A stretch of DNA of 64,000 nucleotides from Alphaproteobacteria bacterium (GCA_012103325.1 WLWY01000001.1:1508986-1572985), one strand, 5' to 3'. Counted from the stretch's first letter, positions 1 through 10,414 are shown. Numbers and translations are program-made. The notes: a model not told the origin generated them from the letters alone.

Positions 1-926
1 GATGAAACAGCGTGTGGGCGCGCAATGCCTGGTTTACGTGATGGACTGTGGAGATATTCTGCGCATCGTAAAGTCCGCCGCCATCGAGTAAATCCGCTTC
101 CTCCAGAAGCTGCTCGATATGCTCCGTCCCCTGCTCGGTGAGGGTGACGTTGCGTTGTTTTTCGTCTTTTTCGTAATCGTCTTCGGTGAGCTTCGGGATC
201 AGCTTGTTGATCTTGTAATACATCTCCGAGAAATCGTCGGTCGGGCCGGAGATGATGAGCGGTGTGCGTGCTTCGTCGATCAGGATCGAATCGACTTCGT
301 CGACGATGGCGAAATTGAACTCGCGCTGAACCATCTCGTCCAGACTGAACTTCATATTGTCGCGCAGATAGTCGAAGCCGAATTCGTTGTTGGTGCCGTA
401 GGTGACGTCGGCGGCGTAATTTTCGCGCCGCTCTTCGTCGCTCAATCCATGCACGATGCAGCCCACGGTAAGGCCGAGAAACTTGTAGACCTGCCCCATC
501 CATTCAGAATCGCGCTGCGCGAGGTAGTCATTTACCGTTACGACGTGAACGCCCTTGCCTTCCAGGGCATTGAGGTAAACCGCTGCCGTTGCGACGAGCG
601 TCTTGCCCTCGCCGGTCTTCATTTCCGAAATTTTGCCTTGGTTCAGGATCATGGCGCCGAGCAGCTGCACGTCATAATGGCGCTGCCCGAGCGTACGCTT
701 GGCTGCCTCGCGGACGGTGGCGAACGCGTCGATGAGAACGTCTTCCAGGGTTTCGCCGTCGGCTAGGCGTTGGCGCAGCTGGTCGGTCCGCTGGCGCAGC
801 GCCGCGTCGTCAAGCGGCTCAAGCTCCGCTTCCGCCGCGTTTATAGCGTCCACGGTGCCTTGCAGAGACTTTACGAACCGGTCATTTGGTGATCCAAAAA
901 CCCGTCGGAGCATGCCGCCGATCATC
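1..926 (-). CDS. secA: Preprotein translocase ATPase SecA, N-terminal part (gene continues beyond the left edge)
   Basis: Not in the ORF track because it is open at the left edge. My reverse-strand translation from 926 reads [19 protein letters not shown]...[40 protein letters not shown]...[22 protein letters not shown], the SecA motor domain with Walker A and B. GAGG lies 6 nt upstream of ATG 926; ATG 913 is an alternative start. Confidence 0.9.
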
Positions 927-1157
927 GAGAACCTCGGATCTGGGGTTAAAGCGCGCTAAATTGCGGGGCGCCTATAGATTTATACGCTATAGCATAGGGA
1001 CTTACGCTGTCACATAAGGTCCTTAGCGACGGCTGTCAACGCTGCCGCGCCGGTCACCTCTTGGTGATGCTCTTGTGCCGATACGCTTCATATGGTTTAT
1101 CCCGGGGCAGAATCGCGCAGGGGGGTGCGCTTTATCAATCGTGTAAGGAGATTAAGC

Positions 1158-2027
1158 ATGCCACGTCACTTCAGTGCGCGCGCCGCGTTGGTTGCGGCCG
1201 GTCTGGCTCTGTTCGCGCTTCCGTCCGCATGGGCTCAAACCGCCGCCCCGAAGGCAGCCGACGACGCCGTAGTCGCCAATGTCGAGGGCAAGCCGATCTA
1301 TCGAAGCGAAGTGGTTCGTGCGTTTTCCAGCCTACCGCAGCAGATGCAACAAGCCGGATTCGAGACGATTTATCCACAACTGGTCGAGCGGATGATTCAG
1401 CAGCGGCTGCTGGTGATTAACGGCCGGAAAAACAATATGGCCGACAACGATATCGTCAAGCGGCGGCTCAAGCGGCTCGAGGACGCGGTCATCGGCGAAG
1501 TGTACTTGAACCAGCTCATCGAGCAGAACCTGACGCCGGGGCTGCTCGATACACGCTACAAGGAATTCCTGGAACAGAATCCGCCGGCGGACGAAGTGCG
1601 CGCCCGGCATATCCTGCTGAAGACGGAAGTCGACGCTAAGAACGTCATCGGCCACCTTGAAGCCGGTAAGAAATTCGAGGATGCCGCGAAGGAGTTTTCG
1701 ACGGGTCCGAGTGCCGCCAATGGTGGCGATCTCGGTTTCTTCAAGCGGGGCGATATGGTCAAGCCATTTGCCGAAGCGGCGTTCGCGCTTAAGGCCGGCG
1801 ACGTGACGCCGCTGCCGGTGAAAACGCGCTTCGGCTGGCACGTCATCAAGGTCGAGGATCGCCGGACCACCGCGGCGCCGAGTTTCGAGGAAATGCGCCC
1901 CCGCATTCTGCGGGAAGTTGGCCGCACCGTCGCGGTTGGCGTGATGCAACAATTGGTGGAAGCGGCCACGGTGGAGCGGTTTACGCTCGACGGCAATCCG
2001 ATGCCGGCGCCGCCCAAAGCGCAGTAG
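1158..2027 (+). CDS. Periplasmic PpiC/parvulin-type peptidyl-prolyl cis-trans isomerase
   Basis: ORF 1092..2027 trimmed to ATG 1158 (AAGGAG at 1145-1150). Signal peptide AALVAAGLALFALPSAWA. Parvulin motifs GGDLGFF and FGWHVIKVEDRR. Confidence 0.8.
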   Translation: MPRHFSARAALVAAGLALFALPSAWAQTAAPKAADDAVVANVEGKPIYRSEVVRAFSSLPQQMQQAGFETIYPQLVERMIQQRLLVINGRKNNMADNDIVKRRLKRLEDAVIGEVYLNQLIEQNLTPGLLDTRYKEFLEQNPPADEVRARHILLKTEVDAKNVIGHLEAGKKFEDAAKEFSTGPSAANGGDLGFFKRGDMVKPFAEAAFALKAGDVTPLPVKTRFGWHVIKVEDRRTTAAPSFEEMRPRILREVGRTVAVGVMQQLVEAATVERFTLDGNPMPAPPKAQ

Positions 2028-2034
2028 GTATCCT

Positions 2035-3270
2035 ATGTTGCAGCGTTCGCCCCTGGCGCCGAGCCGGTTTCCACAAATTCCCGAAATACCGGGCGTTGAG
2101 CTGGCCGGCCGGCATGTCGGCTTGAAGCCGGCCAAGGGCGTCAAGGATTTGATGGTCGTGCGTCTCGCTCGTGGGACGACGGTGGCTGGCATGTTCACGA
2201 CGTCGCGCTGCCCGTCCGCGCCCGTCGACTGGTGCAAGAAAATCCTCTCCACCGGGAAGGCGCGCGCGATCGTCGTCAATTCTGGAAACGCCAACGCGTT
2301 TACTGGCAATGCCGGCGATCTAGTTGTCGAGGAGACGGTGAAAGCTGCGGCGAAGCTTATCGGTTGCTCGCGTAAGCAGGTCTATGTCGCCTCGACAGGG
2401 GTGATCGGCGAACCGGTGCCGCCGGATTACATCGCCAAGAGCCTGCCGCGCATGGTCCGCGACCTGAAGCCGAAATCCTGGCGTCAGGCGGCGGATGCGA
2501 TCCTGACGACCGATACGTTTCCGAAAGCCGCGGCTCGCTCCGCGATGATCGGCAATACGAAAGTTACCGTGGCGGGCTTCACCAAAGGATCCGGTATGAT
2601 CGCGCCGGACATGGCGACGATGCTGAGCTTCGTGTTTACCGACGCGAAGATTCCGGCGCGTGTGCTGCAATCGATCCTCAAAGCGGCGGTCGACAAATCC
2701 TACAATTGCATCACCGTCGACAGCGATACCTCGACCAGCGATACCGTCCTGCTATGCGCGACCGGCAAGGGGAAACGGCACCCCGCGGTGTCGTCGGCGC
2801 GGGATGCGCACTTGAAGGGCTTTCGCCGCGTCGTCGAAGAGCTTCTGATCGACCTCGCGACGCAAGTGGTTCGCGACGGCGAGGGCGCTCAAAAGCTGAT
2901 CACCATCGACGTGACCGGCGCTGTATCGCCACAGTCGGCGCGCAAGATCGGCTTGACGGTTGCCAACTCGCCTCTAGTCAAGACGGCGGTTGCCGGCGAG
3001 GATGCGAATTGGGGGCGTCTCGTCATGGCTGTTGGCAAGACCGGTGAGCCGGCTGACCGTGACAGATTGTCGATCACCATGGGCGGTGTGCCGATTACCG
3101 AATGGGGTGTCGTGCGCGAAGACTATGTCGAAGACCCCGTCTCTGAACATATGAAGGGTCAGAACGTTCATATCGGTATCGATATTGGTCTGGGGCGCGG
3201 CAAGGCGCGAGTCTGGACCTGCGATCTGACGCACGGCTACATATCAATCAACGCGGATTATCGATCCTGA
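2035..3270 (+). CDS. argJ: Bifunctional glutamate N-acetyltransferase / amino-acid acetyltransferase ArgJ
   Basis: 411 aa. Carries TTDTFPK and the autoprocessing region GMIAPDMATMLSFVFTDA typical of ArgJ. Confidence 0.9.
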   Translation: MLQRSPLAPSRFPQIPEIPGVELAGRHVGLKPAKGVKDLMVVRLARGTTVAGMFTTSRCPSAPVDWCKKILSTGKARAIVVNSGNANAFTGNAGDLVVEETVKAAAKLIGCSRKQVYVASTGVIGEPVPPDYIAKSLPRMVRDLKPKSWRQAADAILTTDTFPKAAARSAMIGNTKVTVAGFTKGSGMIAPDMATMLSFVFTDAKIPARVLQSILKAAVDKSYNCITVDSDTSTSDTVLLCATGKGKRHPAVSSARDAHLKGFRRVVEELLIDLATQVVRDGEGAQKLITIDVTGAVSPQSARKIGLTVANSPLVKTAVAGEDANWGRLVMAVGKTGEPADRDRLSITMGGVPITEWGVVREDYVEDPVSEHMKGQNVHIGIDIGLGRGKARVWTCDLTHGYISINADYRS

Positions 3271-3287
3271 GCGAGAATCAACGCATA

Positions 3288-3731
3288 TTGAGCGGGTGTT
3301 GGGACGCAGGCAATGGAGCGGCCGTGGCGGACCTGCCGGTTGTGCTGGTCGTCGCCGTGGCCTTGATCGATGCGGATGGCCGAATCCTCATTGCCCAGAG
3401 GCCGGAAGGCAAGTCGATGGCCGGCCTATGGGAGTTCCCCGGCGGCAAGGTCGAAAGCGGCGAGGCGCCCGACGCCGCGTTGATCCGCGAACTCCAGGAA
3501 GAACTGGGCGTCGACACGCGGCAGAGCTGCCTGGCACCGCTGACTTTCGCCAGCCATGCCTATGAGGATTTCCATCTGCTGATGCCGCTATACGTCTGCC
3601 GTATCTGGAAGGGTATCCCACAGGCGCGCGAAGGTCAGAAGCTGGCCTGGGTCCGGCCGGCGCAACTGACCGACTATCCGATGCCGCCGGCCGACGTGCC
3701 TTTGGTCGCAATGCTGCGGGATTTCTTATAA
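3288..3731 (+). CDS. mutT: NUDIX hydrolase, MutT-like 8-oxo-dGTP diphosphatase
   Basis: NUDIX box GLWEFPGGKVESGEAPDAALIRELQEELGV. Size and position after argJ fit MutT. Start uncertain (TTG 3288 or GTG 3324). Confidence 0.75.
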   Translation: MSGCWDAGNGAAVADLPVVLVVAVALIDADGRILIAQRPEGKSMAGLWEFPGGKVESGEAPDAALIRELQEELGVDTRQSCLAPLTFASHAYEDFHLLMPLYVCRIWKGIPQAREGQKLAWVRPAQLTDYPMPPADVPLVAMLRDFL

Positions 3732-3736
3732 GTCGA

Positions 3737-4645
3737 TCAATCCGGTGCTGCCTTGTCGTCGGTCGCGACTTCCGTCGTGCCCAGCGCGTCGGCAAGCCGC
3801 GTTTTCGCGCTGCCGGGGCGAAGCGCCTGCGGCTGCGACTCGTGCGGCGACCAGCCGTGCAGATAGATTACTTCGAACGTTGCCGGAATGCGGCCGTCGG
3901 AGCCGGCGTAACGCTCTTCGTAGAGCTGCGCTGCACGAAGAAAGATATTCCGCTGTGTGAAATGCCGAGGCCGCGTCAGGGCGGCATTGGTTTCCCCCAT
4001 GCCGCGCAGATCCCGCATTAACCGGAAGGCGTTTTCGTAGGTCACTGTGATGATATCGCTGTCGGTGACGGGCAGCGTGAAGCCTGCCCGCTGCAACAAC
4101 CCACCCGCGTCGCGGACGAGTGCGAACGGCGAGAAGCGCGGGCTCGCGCCGTCGCGAATTTCGAGCTCCGCTGCCATGAGGCAGTCGCGCAGCTCGTGCA
4201 GCGTATCGCCGCCCAGCATGGCGGCAAGAAACAACCCATCCGGCTTTAGACAGCGATTGGCCTGAACCAGGGCGCCCGGCAGGTCATTGATCCAGTGCAG
4301 CGACAGATTGCTCAACACAAGATCGAAACAGCCTTCATCGAACGGAAGAGTTTCTTCGTCAGCGACGGAGCCCAATCCTCCGGATCGCCGGACCATCGGT
4401 TCCGACAAATCGCACTGGATCAAGGCCTCAATCTGGCCACGGCCTTGCAACGCCGACCCCAAGACACCGGTGTGGCAACCGATGTCCAGCGCCACCGGAA
4501 AGGACCGCGTGATGTCCACCAGACGATCCGCAAGCCGGTCTGCGACCTCGCGGAATAGGAAATCGAACTCGGCGAAGTTGGTGGCCGCACGGTCTCTGCG
4601 GGCGCGGATCAGCCGTCGGTCGAATACGGTCATTTCGTCGGACAT
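3737..4645 (-). CDS. Class I SAM-dependent methyltransferase (BioC/NDUFAF5-like)
   Basis: ORF 3737..4993 trimmed to ATG 4645 (MSDEMTVFDRRLIRARRDRAA). SAM motif I VALDIGCHTGVLG and LSNLSLHWINDLPG. Confidence 0.75.
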   Translation of the reverse strand: MSDEMTVFDRRLIRARRDRAATNFAEFDFLFREVADRLADRLVDITRSFPVALDIGCHTGVLGSALQGRGQIEALIQCDLSEPMVRRSGGLGSVADEETLPFDEGCFDLVLSNLSLHWINDLPGALVQANRCLKPDGLFLAAMLGGDTLHELRDCLMAAELEIRDGASPRFSPFALVRDAGGLLQRAGFTLPVTDSDIITVTYENAFRLMRDLRGMGETNAALTRPRHFTQRNIFLRAAQLYEERYAGSDGRIPATFEVIYLHGWSPHESQPQALRPGSAKTRLADALGTTEVATDDKAAPD

Positions 4646-4752
4646 CGCGAAACAATATGGGCGGCTTCCACGGCGGGCGCAAACCCGAAGCCTGTTGAGG
4701 GCACCTGTTCCAGCGCCTACAGTTAGATTTGATTGCAGAACAGGAGGATTCC

Positions 4753-6339
4753 ATGACGGGTGCGGGAAATATCGATGCGAAGGCGCTACGCGCGGCATTC
4801 GATGACGAGGGCGAACTGGCGGTAATCGACGTACGGGAGGAGGGCGTGTTCGGACAACGCCATCTTCTGCGCTGCGCCAACATTCCGCTGAGCGGGATCG
4901 AGCTTTCCATCCGGGATCTCGTGCCGCGCGCCGCGACCCGCATCGTGTTGATCGATGCTGACGATGGTTTGGCGGCCCGCGCAGCGACAACACTGTCTGC
5001 CATGGGCTATAGCGATCTCAAGATTCTCGACGGGGGCGTCGAGGCGTGGGCCGCGACGGGCTTCGAGCTCTTCAGCGGCATGAATGTGCCGTCCAAGGTG
5101 TTCGGCGAATATGTCGAGCATCATTGCGATACGCCGAACATCTCCGCCGAGGAGCTCAAGGCCAAAATCGATTCCGGCGAGGATATGGTGATCCTCGATA
5201 GCCGCCCGATGGACGAATTTCACCGGATGAACATCCCCGGCGGGATCGATTCCCCAGGGGCGGAGCTTGCCTACCATGTTCGCGATCTGGCGCCGAACCC
5301 GGATACGCTGGTCGTCGTCAATTGCGCTGGGCGAACGCGTTCGATTATCGGTGCGCAGTCGCTGATCAACGCCGGGACGCCGAACCGGGTGATGGCGCTG
5401 ACCAACGGCACCATGGGCTGGCATCTGGCGGGGCTGGAGCTCGAGCACGGCGCGACCCGGAAATACGGTGCGGTTACGGATGCCGGGCTGGATTGGGCGC
5501 AAAGCGCCGCCGCGCAGGTTGCCAAAAAATATGGTGTGCAAACGATCGACGTGGAAACGGTAATCAGTTGGCAAGGGGAAGCCGACCGGCGCTCGATTTA
5601 TCTGTTCGATGTGCGCTCGCCGGAAGAATACGAGGCCGGCCATGTCAAAGGCTCGCGTCATGCGGCGGGCGGGCAGCTCGTCCAGGCAACGGACAAATAT
5701 GTGGCGACGGACAACGCGCGGATCGTCCTAATCGACGACACCGGCGTCCGCGCGACGATGACGGCGCACTGGCTCGTCCAGATGGGCAAGACGGATGTCT
5801 TCGTGTTGCGCGGCGGTCTCGACGAAATGCCGACCGAGTCGGGGCCGTACGTATCTTCCGTGCCGGAAGTCGCCGAGGCGTCGATAAAGACGGTTGCTTC
5901 CGACCAGGTTCCTGACGGTGCGGTCATCGTCGATATTGCCGACAGTTTGAGCTATCGCGATGGTCATGTCGCGGGTGCGTGGTGGGCGATTAGGTCCCGT
6001 TTGGAGGATGGGCTGACTAAATTGCCATCGGCGACATCCTATGTGGTCACGAGCGATGATGGGCACCTTGCCCGGCTTGGCGCACAAGATCTCGCACAGC
6101 TAACGGATGCCGATGTGTTTGCTCTGGAGGGCGGCACCGACGCCTGGCGCGCAGCTGGTCAGCCGATCGAAGAAGGCTATTCGAGCCTCGCTGCTGAACG
6201 GGAGGATATTTTCTATAAGCCTTACGACCGCGAAGGCACTGTCGAGGACGCGATGAACCAGTATCTCGACTGGGAAATCGAGCTGATTAATCAGATCAAG
6301 CGGGATGGCACTCTGATTTTTCCGGAATTCGCGCCCTAA
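4753..6339 (+). CDS. Multi-domain rhodanese-like sulfurtransferase (four tandem rhodanese modules)
   Basis: Trimmed to ATG 4753 (AGGAGG at 4742-4747). Only module 2 has a Cys active-site loop (VVNCAGRTRS). Modules 1, 3 and 4 carry Asp at that position (LIDADDG, LIDDTGV, VTSDDGH). Confidence 0.75.
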   Translation: MTGAGNIDAKALRAAFDDEGELAVIDVREEGVFGQRHLLRCANIPLSGIELSIRDLVPRAATRIVLIDADDGLAARAATTLSAMGYSDLKILDGGVEAWAATGFELFSGMNVPSKVFGEYVEHHCDTPNISAEELKAKIDSGEDMVILDSRPMDEFHRMNIPGGIDSPGAELAYHVRDLAPNPDTLVVVNCAGRTRSIIGAQSLINAGTPNRVMALTNGTMGWHLAGLELEHGATRKYGAVTDAGLDWAQSAAAQVAKKYGVQTIDVETVISWQGEADRRSIYLFDVRSPEEYEAGHVKGSRHAAGGQLVQATDKYVATDNARIVLIDDTGVRATMTAHWLVQMGKTDVFVLRGGLDEMPTESGPYVSSVPEVAEASIKTVASDQVPDGAVIVDIADSLSYRDGHVAGAWWAIRSRLEDGLTKLPSATSYVVTSDDGHLARLGAQDLAQLTDADVFALEGGTDAWRAAGQPIEEGYSSLAAEREDIFYKPYDREGTVEDAMNQYLDWEIELINQIKRDGTLIFPEFAP

Positions 6340-6344
6340 GTGCG

Positions 6345-7082
6345 ATGGCGGTCAGCGTCGCGCCGCTTGCTCGCTCGATCCTGAACGCGGTTTTGCCCGT
6401 ACGCTGCATGGCGTGCGGCGCGACCGTCGCGGATGATGGGTCGCTATGCGCGTCATGCTGGGATACGCTCCAGTTTCTGGGCCCGCCGGCATGTGCTTGT
6501 TGTGGCTACCCCTTCGAATACGAGGCGCCGTCGGAGAGCTTGTGCGCGTCCTGCACCCGTCGATTGCCGCAGTACGACAGAGCACGCGCCGTCTTCGCGT
6601 ATGACGAGGCCAGCCGGTCCTTGATCCTGACCTTCAAGCATGCGGATCGTACACATCAGGCCCCCGCTTTCGGGCGGTGGCTGGCACGGGCCGGAAGCGA
6701 TCTTTTGGAAAATACGGATTTCATCGTTCCGGTCCCATTGCATCGTTGGCGTCTCTTCGCGCGGCGTTACAATCAGTCCGCCTTGCTGGCGCAAGCGCTG
6801 GGCAAAGAGACCGGTATGACCGTTGCCGTTGATTTGCTGACGCGACGGAGTCGAACCCCGCCGCAAGGCCGGATGTCGCGGGCGGCACGCATTCGAAACG
6901 TCCGCGCTGCCTTCGCCATACGAGACGAATGGCGGGGAAAAATTTCTGGGGCGCGGATATTGCTGCTGGACGACGTACTGACCACCGGTGCCACGGTTGA
7001 AGAATGCGCGCGGGTTTTGAAGCGTGCGGGAGCGGTCGGCGTGGATGTACTCACCTTGGCTCAGGTTTTGCGGCCGCGTTAG
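6345..7082 (+). CDS. ComF-family protein (double zinc ribbon + phosphoribosyltransferase domain)
   Basis: N-terminal Cys pairs (CMACG...CASCW, CACCG...CASC) and PRTase motif ILLLDDVLTTGATV. Confidence 0.8.
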   Translation: MAVSVAPLARSILNAVLPVRCMACGATVADDGSLCASCWDTLQFLGPPACACCGYPFEYEAPSESLCASCTRRLPQYDRARAVFAYDEASRSLILTFKHADRTHQAPAFGRWLARAGSDLLENTDFIVPVPLHRWRLFARRYNQSALLAQALGKETGMTVAVDLLTRRSRTPPQGRMSRAARIRNVRAAFAIRDEWRGKISGARILLLDDVLTTGATVEECARVLKRAGAVGVDVLTLAQVLRPR

Positions 7083-7303
7083 ATGTTTCTGTCCCGCAGA
7101 GAGTGAGGCTGTTAAGGGGCTTTAGGCATGTGGCACAATGGTCTATAGGTTTGTTGCTTGACCATATTATGGTCGGCACAAAAACTGGATGTGCTTCCCA
7201 AGCTTCTACCAATTAAAGTCCGGAACGAGAGCAGGCGCTTGGGAAAATGCGCATCCCTGGCAAACAATGCGTCTTTAACTCACTGAGTTAAAAAGGAGAA
7301 GAT

Positions 7304-8455
7304 ATGTCGCGAGCATCAAAGCTGACGGCTGCGGTTTTAGGGGCGGCCTTCGTTGTGGCGTCCAGCCAAATTGCGGGCGCCGCAGATCCCGTGAAACTTC
7401 GCTGGGCATCGGATCACAACGGTCCGCCGCACCCGGCCGCAATCGCGGAAGTCTATTTCGCCGAGCAGGTGGAAAAGAAAATTCCCGGTAGCAAGGTTCA
7501 GATTTTCTGGGCCAAATCGCTTTACACAGTCCCGCAAGGCGTAAAGGCCTTGACGCAGGGCAACCTGGAAGTCCTCACCGGCCAGTTCGGCAAAACCTCC
7601 AGCATCGAGCCGTTGGCAAACGTGCTATTGGGCGCCGGTAAACTATCCACGGTCGGCGCTATTGATGCCGTCGATAAGACCCAGACCTTCAAGGACCTGG
7701 CGGCCCATTTTGACAAAGCGCACGATATCACCATCATGGGTGCCGGACATCTGAGCATGTATATGGGTGCTGGCGCAGTGAAGGGCCGGTTGATCGGGCC
7801 GGCTGATTTCTCCGGCAAAAAAATGCGGTCGATGGGCCCAGCGGAAAACGCGCTGCTGAGCGCGCTTGGCGCCAACCCGCAGGCCATGGCCTTTGGTGAT
7901 GTGCCGCCGGCCCTGCAAACCGGCGTTATCGATGGTCTCCTCACCTCGCTCGGTGGTTTTAACGCGACCAAAGAACAAGCGCCGTACTTCACGGTCGCCG
8001 GTCTCAACGGAATCGTCGGCGACTACTACTGGTTCGGTATTTCCAATCGCTGGTGGAACAAGCTTGCGCAGGATCAGCGCGATATCCTCACTGATATCAT
8101 CAAGAACGACTTCATCCCGTTCCAGCGCGTTATCAACTACTGCAACGACAAGCGCACGCTCGATAAGTTCGTCACCACGGACAAGAGTGCGCCTGGCATC
8201 TATGTCCTAAGCCAAGCGGAATCGGCCGTTATCAAGAAGGCCGAAAATGGCGCCACCAATGCATGGATCAAGACCAAGGTGAACGATACGGGCGACAAGA
8301 TGGTCGACCAGTTCACGATGGAAGCCGAAGCCTTGGTAAAGGCCAATCCTCCAGGATCCCATGCGCTCGAAAAAACCGACTGCACGCAATACGAAAAGTA
8401 TTTCGCGAAGTACGGCAAGGGTGCAGACCTGTATAAGGCGAAAAACCGGAAATAA
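7304..8455 (+). CDS. TRAP transporter substrate-binding protein (DctP family)
   Basis: AAGGAG upstream of ATG 7304. Signal peptide ending SSQIAGA. General DctP-like sequence, directly followed by small and large TRAP permease genes. Confidence 0.75.
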   Translation: MSRASKLTAAVLGAAFVVASSQIAGAADPVKLRWASDHNGPPHPAAIAEVYFAEQVEKKIPGSKVQIFWAKSLYTVPQGVKALTQGNLEVLTGQFGKTSSIEPLANVLLGAGKLSTVGAIDAVDKTQTFKDLAAHFDKAHDITIMGAGHLSMYMGAGAVKGRLIGPADFSGKKMRSMGPAENALLSALGANPQAMAFGDVPPALQTGVIDGLLTSLGGFNATKEQAPYFTVAGLNGIVGDYYWFGISNRWWNKLAQDQRDILTDIIKNDFIPFQRVINYCNDKRTLDKFVTTDKSAPGIYVLSQAESAVIKKAENGATNAWIKTKVNDTGDKMVDQFTMEAEALVKANPPGSHALEKTDCTQYEKYFAKYGKGADLYKAKNRK

Positions 8456-8551
8456 CGGTCGCCACGCAACGAGACTTCAGGGGGCCGCCACGCTGTTGGC
8501 GGCCCCTTGTTCGCTCGAAGGTTCGGAAACTCTGCTGATTGGGGGGTGGAC

Positions 8552-9103
8552 ATGGACGGGTTTCTCGCTTTTTCGCAACGGATAAAAGACGCGATTCATT
8601 CGGTACTTGGCTGGATCGCCTCAGCCATGCTGTTGGGTCTCACCCTGTTCGCGCTGCTCGAGATTGTTCGCCGCTATGTATTCAGCGTCGTGTTCGAGTG
8701 GGGCCAGGATGCGATCATCGTTGGCATGGTCTCCGCGGTCGCTTTCTATTTCGGCGTCACTCAGATCCGCCGTAGCCACCTGGTGATGAACGCGATCATC
8801 CAACTACTTCACGCCCAGGGCTACTACAAGGCGGTGGGGATAACCAAGATTGCCGTATCGGCGGTCATTGTGCTGTTTTGCGGTGCCATCGGCGTTACGG
8901 GCTGGTCGTCCTTCAGCTATGCGTGGGACAGGGATTTGAACACCTATAGCCTGCTCATTCCGCTATGGCCGTTTTATCTGATCTTGATGTTTGGCTTCCT
9001 TTTGATGGCCTTTGTCGCGTTCTTGCAGACAATCGAGGACGTCATCAGTTTCGCGCGCGGCGAACATCTCGATGCCGAAATTGAAATGACGACAGATGTT
9101 TAA
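8552..9103 (+). CDS. TRAP transporter small permease (DctQ family)
   Basis: ORF 8507..9103 trimmed to ATG 8552. About 180 aa with four hydrophobic helices. Positioned between the P and M subunits. Confidence 0.65.
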   Translation: MDGFLAFSQRIKDAIHSVLGWIASAMLLGLTLFALLEIVRRYVFSVVFEWGQDAIIVGMVSAVAFYFGVTQIRRSHLVMNAIIQLLHAQGYYKAVGITKIAVSAVIVLFCGAIGVTGWSSFSYAWDRDLNTYSLLIPLWPFYLILMFGFLLMAFVAFLQTIEDVISFARGEHLDAEIEMTTDV

Positions 9104-9130
9104 CCGGCCGTTGGGACTAGGGGCAATTTC

Positions 9131-10414
9131 ATGCTGCCATTAGCGCTTACCCTTTTTGGATTGCTCCTTGTGGGGGTGCCGATCGGCATCTCTCTCGCCG
9201 GTTCCACCGCTGTCTTAGTGCTGTTTGACGATTTTCTCTCCTTTAGCACGCTGTTCGAAGCTTTCTTCAATTTCATCAGCAAATACACGCTGATTGCCAT
9301 ACCGTTCTTCATCTATGCCGGCTTTTTGATGGAAAAGACCGGACTCGTGCGCGGGCTTTTCAACTTCGCCGATGCTTTGATCGGTTGGGTGCCGGGCGGC
9401 TTTGCCTATGCCACCCTGATCGCGGCAGTGCTGTTCGGGGCCATTTCAGGTTCCTCCACCGCCATGGCCGCCGCCATGAGCGTCATCGCGTACCCGGAAA
9501 TGATCAAACGCGGCTATCCGAAATGGATGGCGGCTGGCGTGATCGCCTCCGCCGGCGGGATCGCGCTGCTTATCCCGCCCAGTATCACGCTGATCCTGTT
9601 CGGTGTGATCACCGAAATTTCCATCGTCGACCTGTTCTTTGCCGGCGTCGTTCCCGGCATCATGCTGGCGATCAGCGATGCGGTGATCATCGTTTGTGTG
9701 TCTATTTTCATCGTCAAGCTGCCTGCAGGCACATTCGAACTGAGCAAATGCTGGACGGCCTTTCTGGAGGCCGTGCCGGCATTGTTGATGCCGGTGCTTG
9801 TTCTCGGTGGACTTTACGGTGGCCTTTTCACACCAACCGAGGCGGGCGCCGCCGCGGCGTGCTATGCGCTGGGCTATGGCGTTCTTTTCAGGGGCAAGCC
9901 GTTTATCAAGGAATTGATGGGTGTGACCCGCCGCGCCATGAACTTGACCGCGGTCGTGTTCTTCCTGTTGGGTTGCGTCGGTATCTTCCAGTTCTTCCTC
10001 GCCAACATGGGCTGGCCGCAAGAGATCGCCGCATGGGCAGGCACGCTCGGGCTTAGCAAATACGCATTCCTGTTCGCCCTCATGGCCACCTTGCTGGCGC
10101 TTTCCATGTGGCTGACCGGCGTCGCCATACTCGTGCTGACGGTGCCAATTTATTTTCCCGTGGCGCTATCACTCGGCGTCGATCCCGTGCATTTGGGGAT
10201 CCTGACCGCATTATGCATCGAAATTGGCAGCGTAATTCCGCCCGTCGGCCTGAACCTGTTTGCCGTCAGCGGTGTCACAGGTCTGCCGGTGACTCAGGTA
10301 ATTCGAGGCTCCTTTCCCTTTTGTATCTCCGACACCGTGGTGTTGGTTATCGTGTTGCTGTTCCCGATGCTGGCGCTCTGGCTTCCGAGCCTGCTGATCA
10401 CGTCGCATTTCTGA
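9131..10414 (+). CDS. TRAP transporter large permease (DctM family)
   Basis: 427 aa, strongly hydrophobic throughout, DctM-like N-terminus MLPLALTLFGLLLVGVPIGISLA. Follows the small permease. Confidence 0.85.
   Translation: MLPLALTLFGLLLVGVPIGISLAGSTAVLVLFDDFLSFSTLFEAFFNFISKYTLIAIPFFIYAGFLMEKTGLVRGLFNFADALIGWVPGGFAYATLIAAVLFGAISGSSTAMAAAMSVIAYPEMIKRGYPKWMAAGVIASAGGIALLIPPSITLILFGVITEISIVDLFFAGVVPGIMLAISDAVIIVCVSIFIVKLPAGTFELSKCWTAFLEAVPALLMPVLVLGGLYGGLFTPTEAGAAAACYALGYGVLFRGKPFIKELMGVTRRAMNLTAVVFFLLGCVGIFQFFLANMGWPQEIAAWAGTLGLSKYAFLFALMATLLALSMWLTGVAILVLTVPIYFPVALSLGVDPVHLGILTALCIEIGSVIPPVGLNLFAVSGVTGLPVTQVIRGSFPFCISDTVVLVIVLLFPMLALWLPSLLITSHF

Noticed and set aside
3737-4993. The ORF track gives N-terminally extended versions of many genes. 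Examples are 3737..4993, 10108..11694, 14441..15802, 27955..28923, 33443..34249, 34141..35739, 35466..36701, 40927..41841, 42787..43266 and 47383..48468.
   Set aside because: The extensions overlap the preceding gene and translate to Arg/Pro-rich junk. Internal ATG, GTG or TTG codons with Shine-Dalgarno-like sequences reproduce the N-termini typical of each family. I report the trimmed coordinates.
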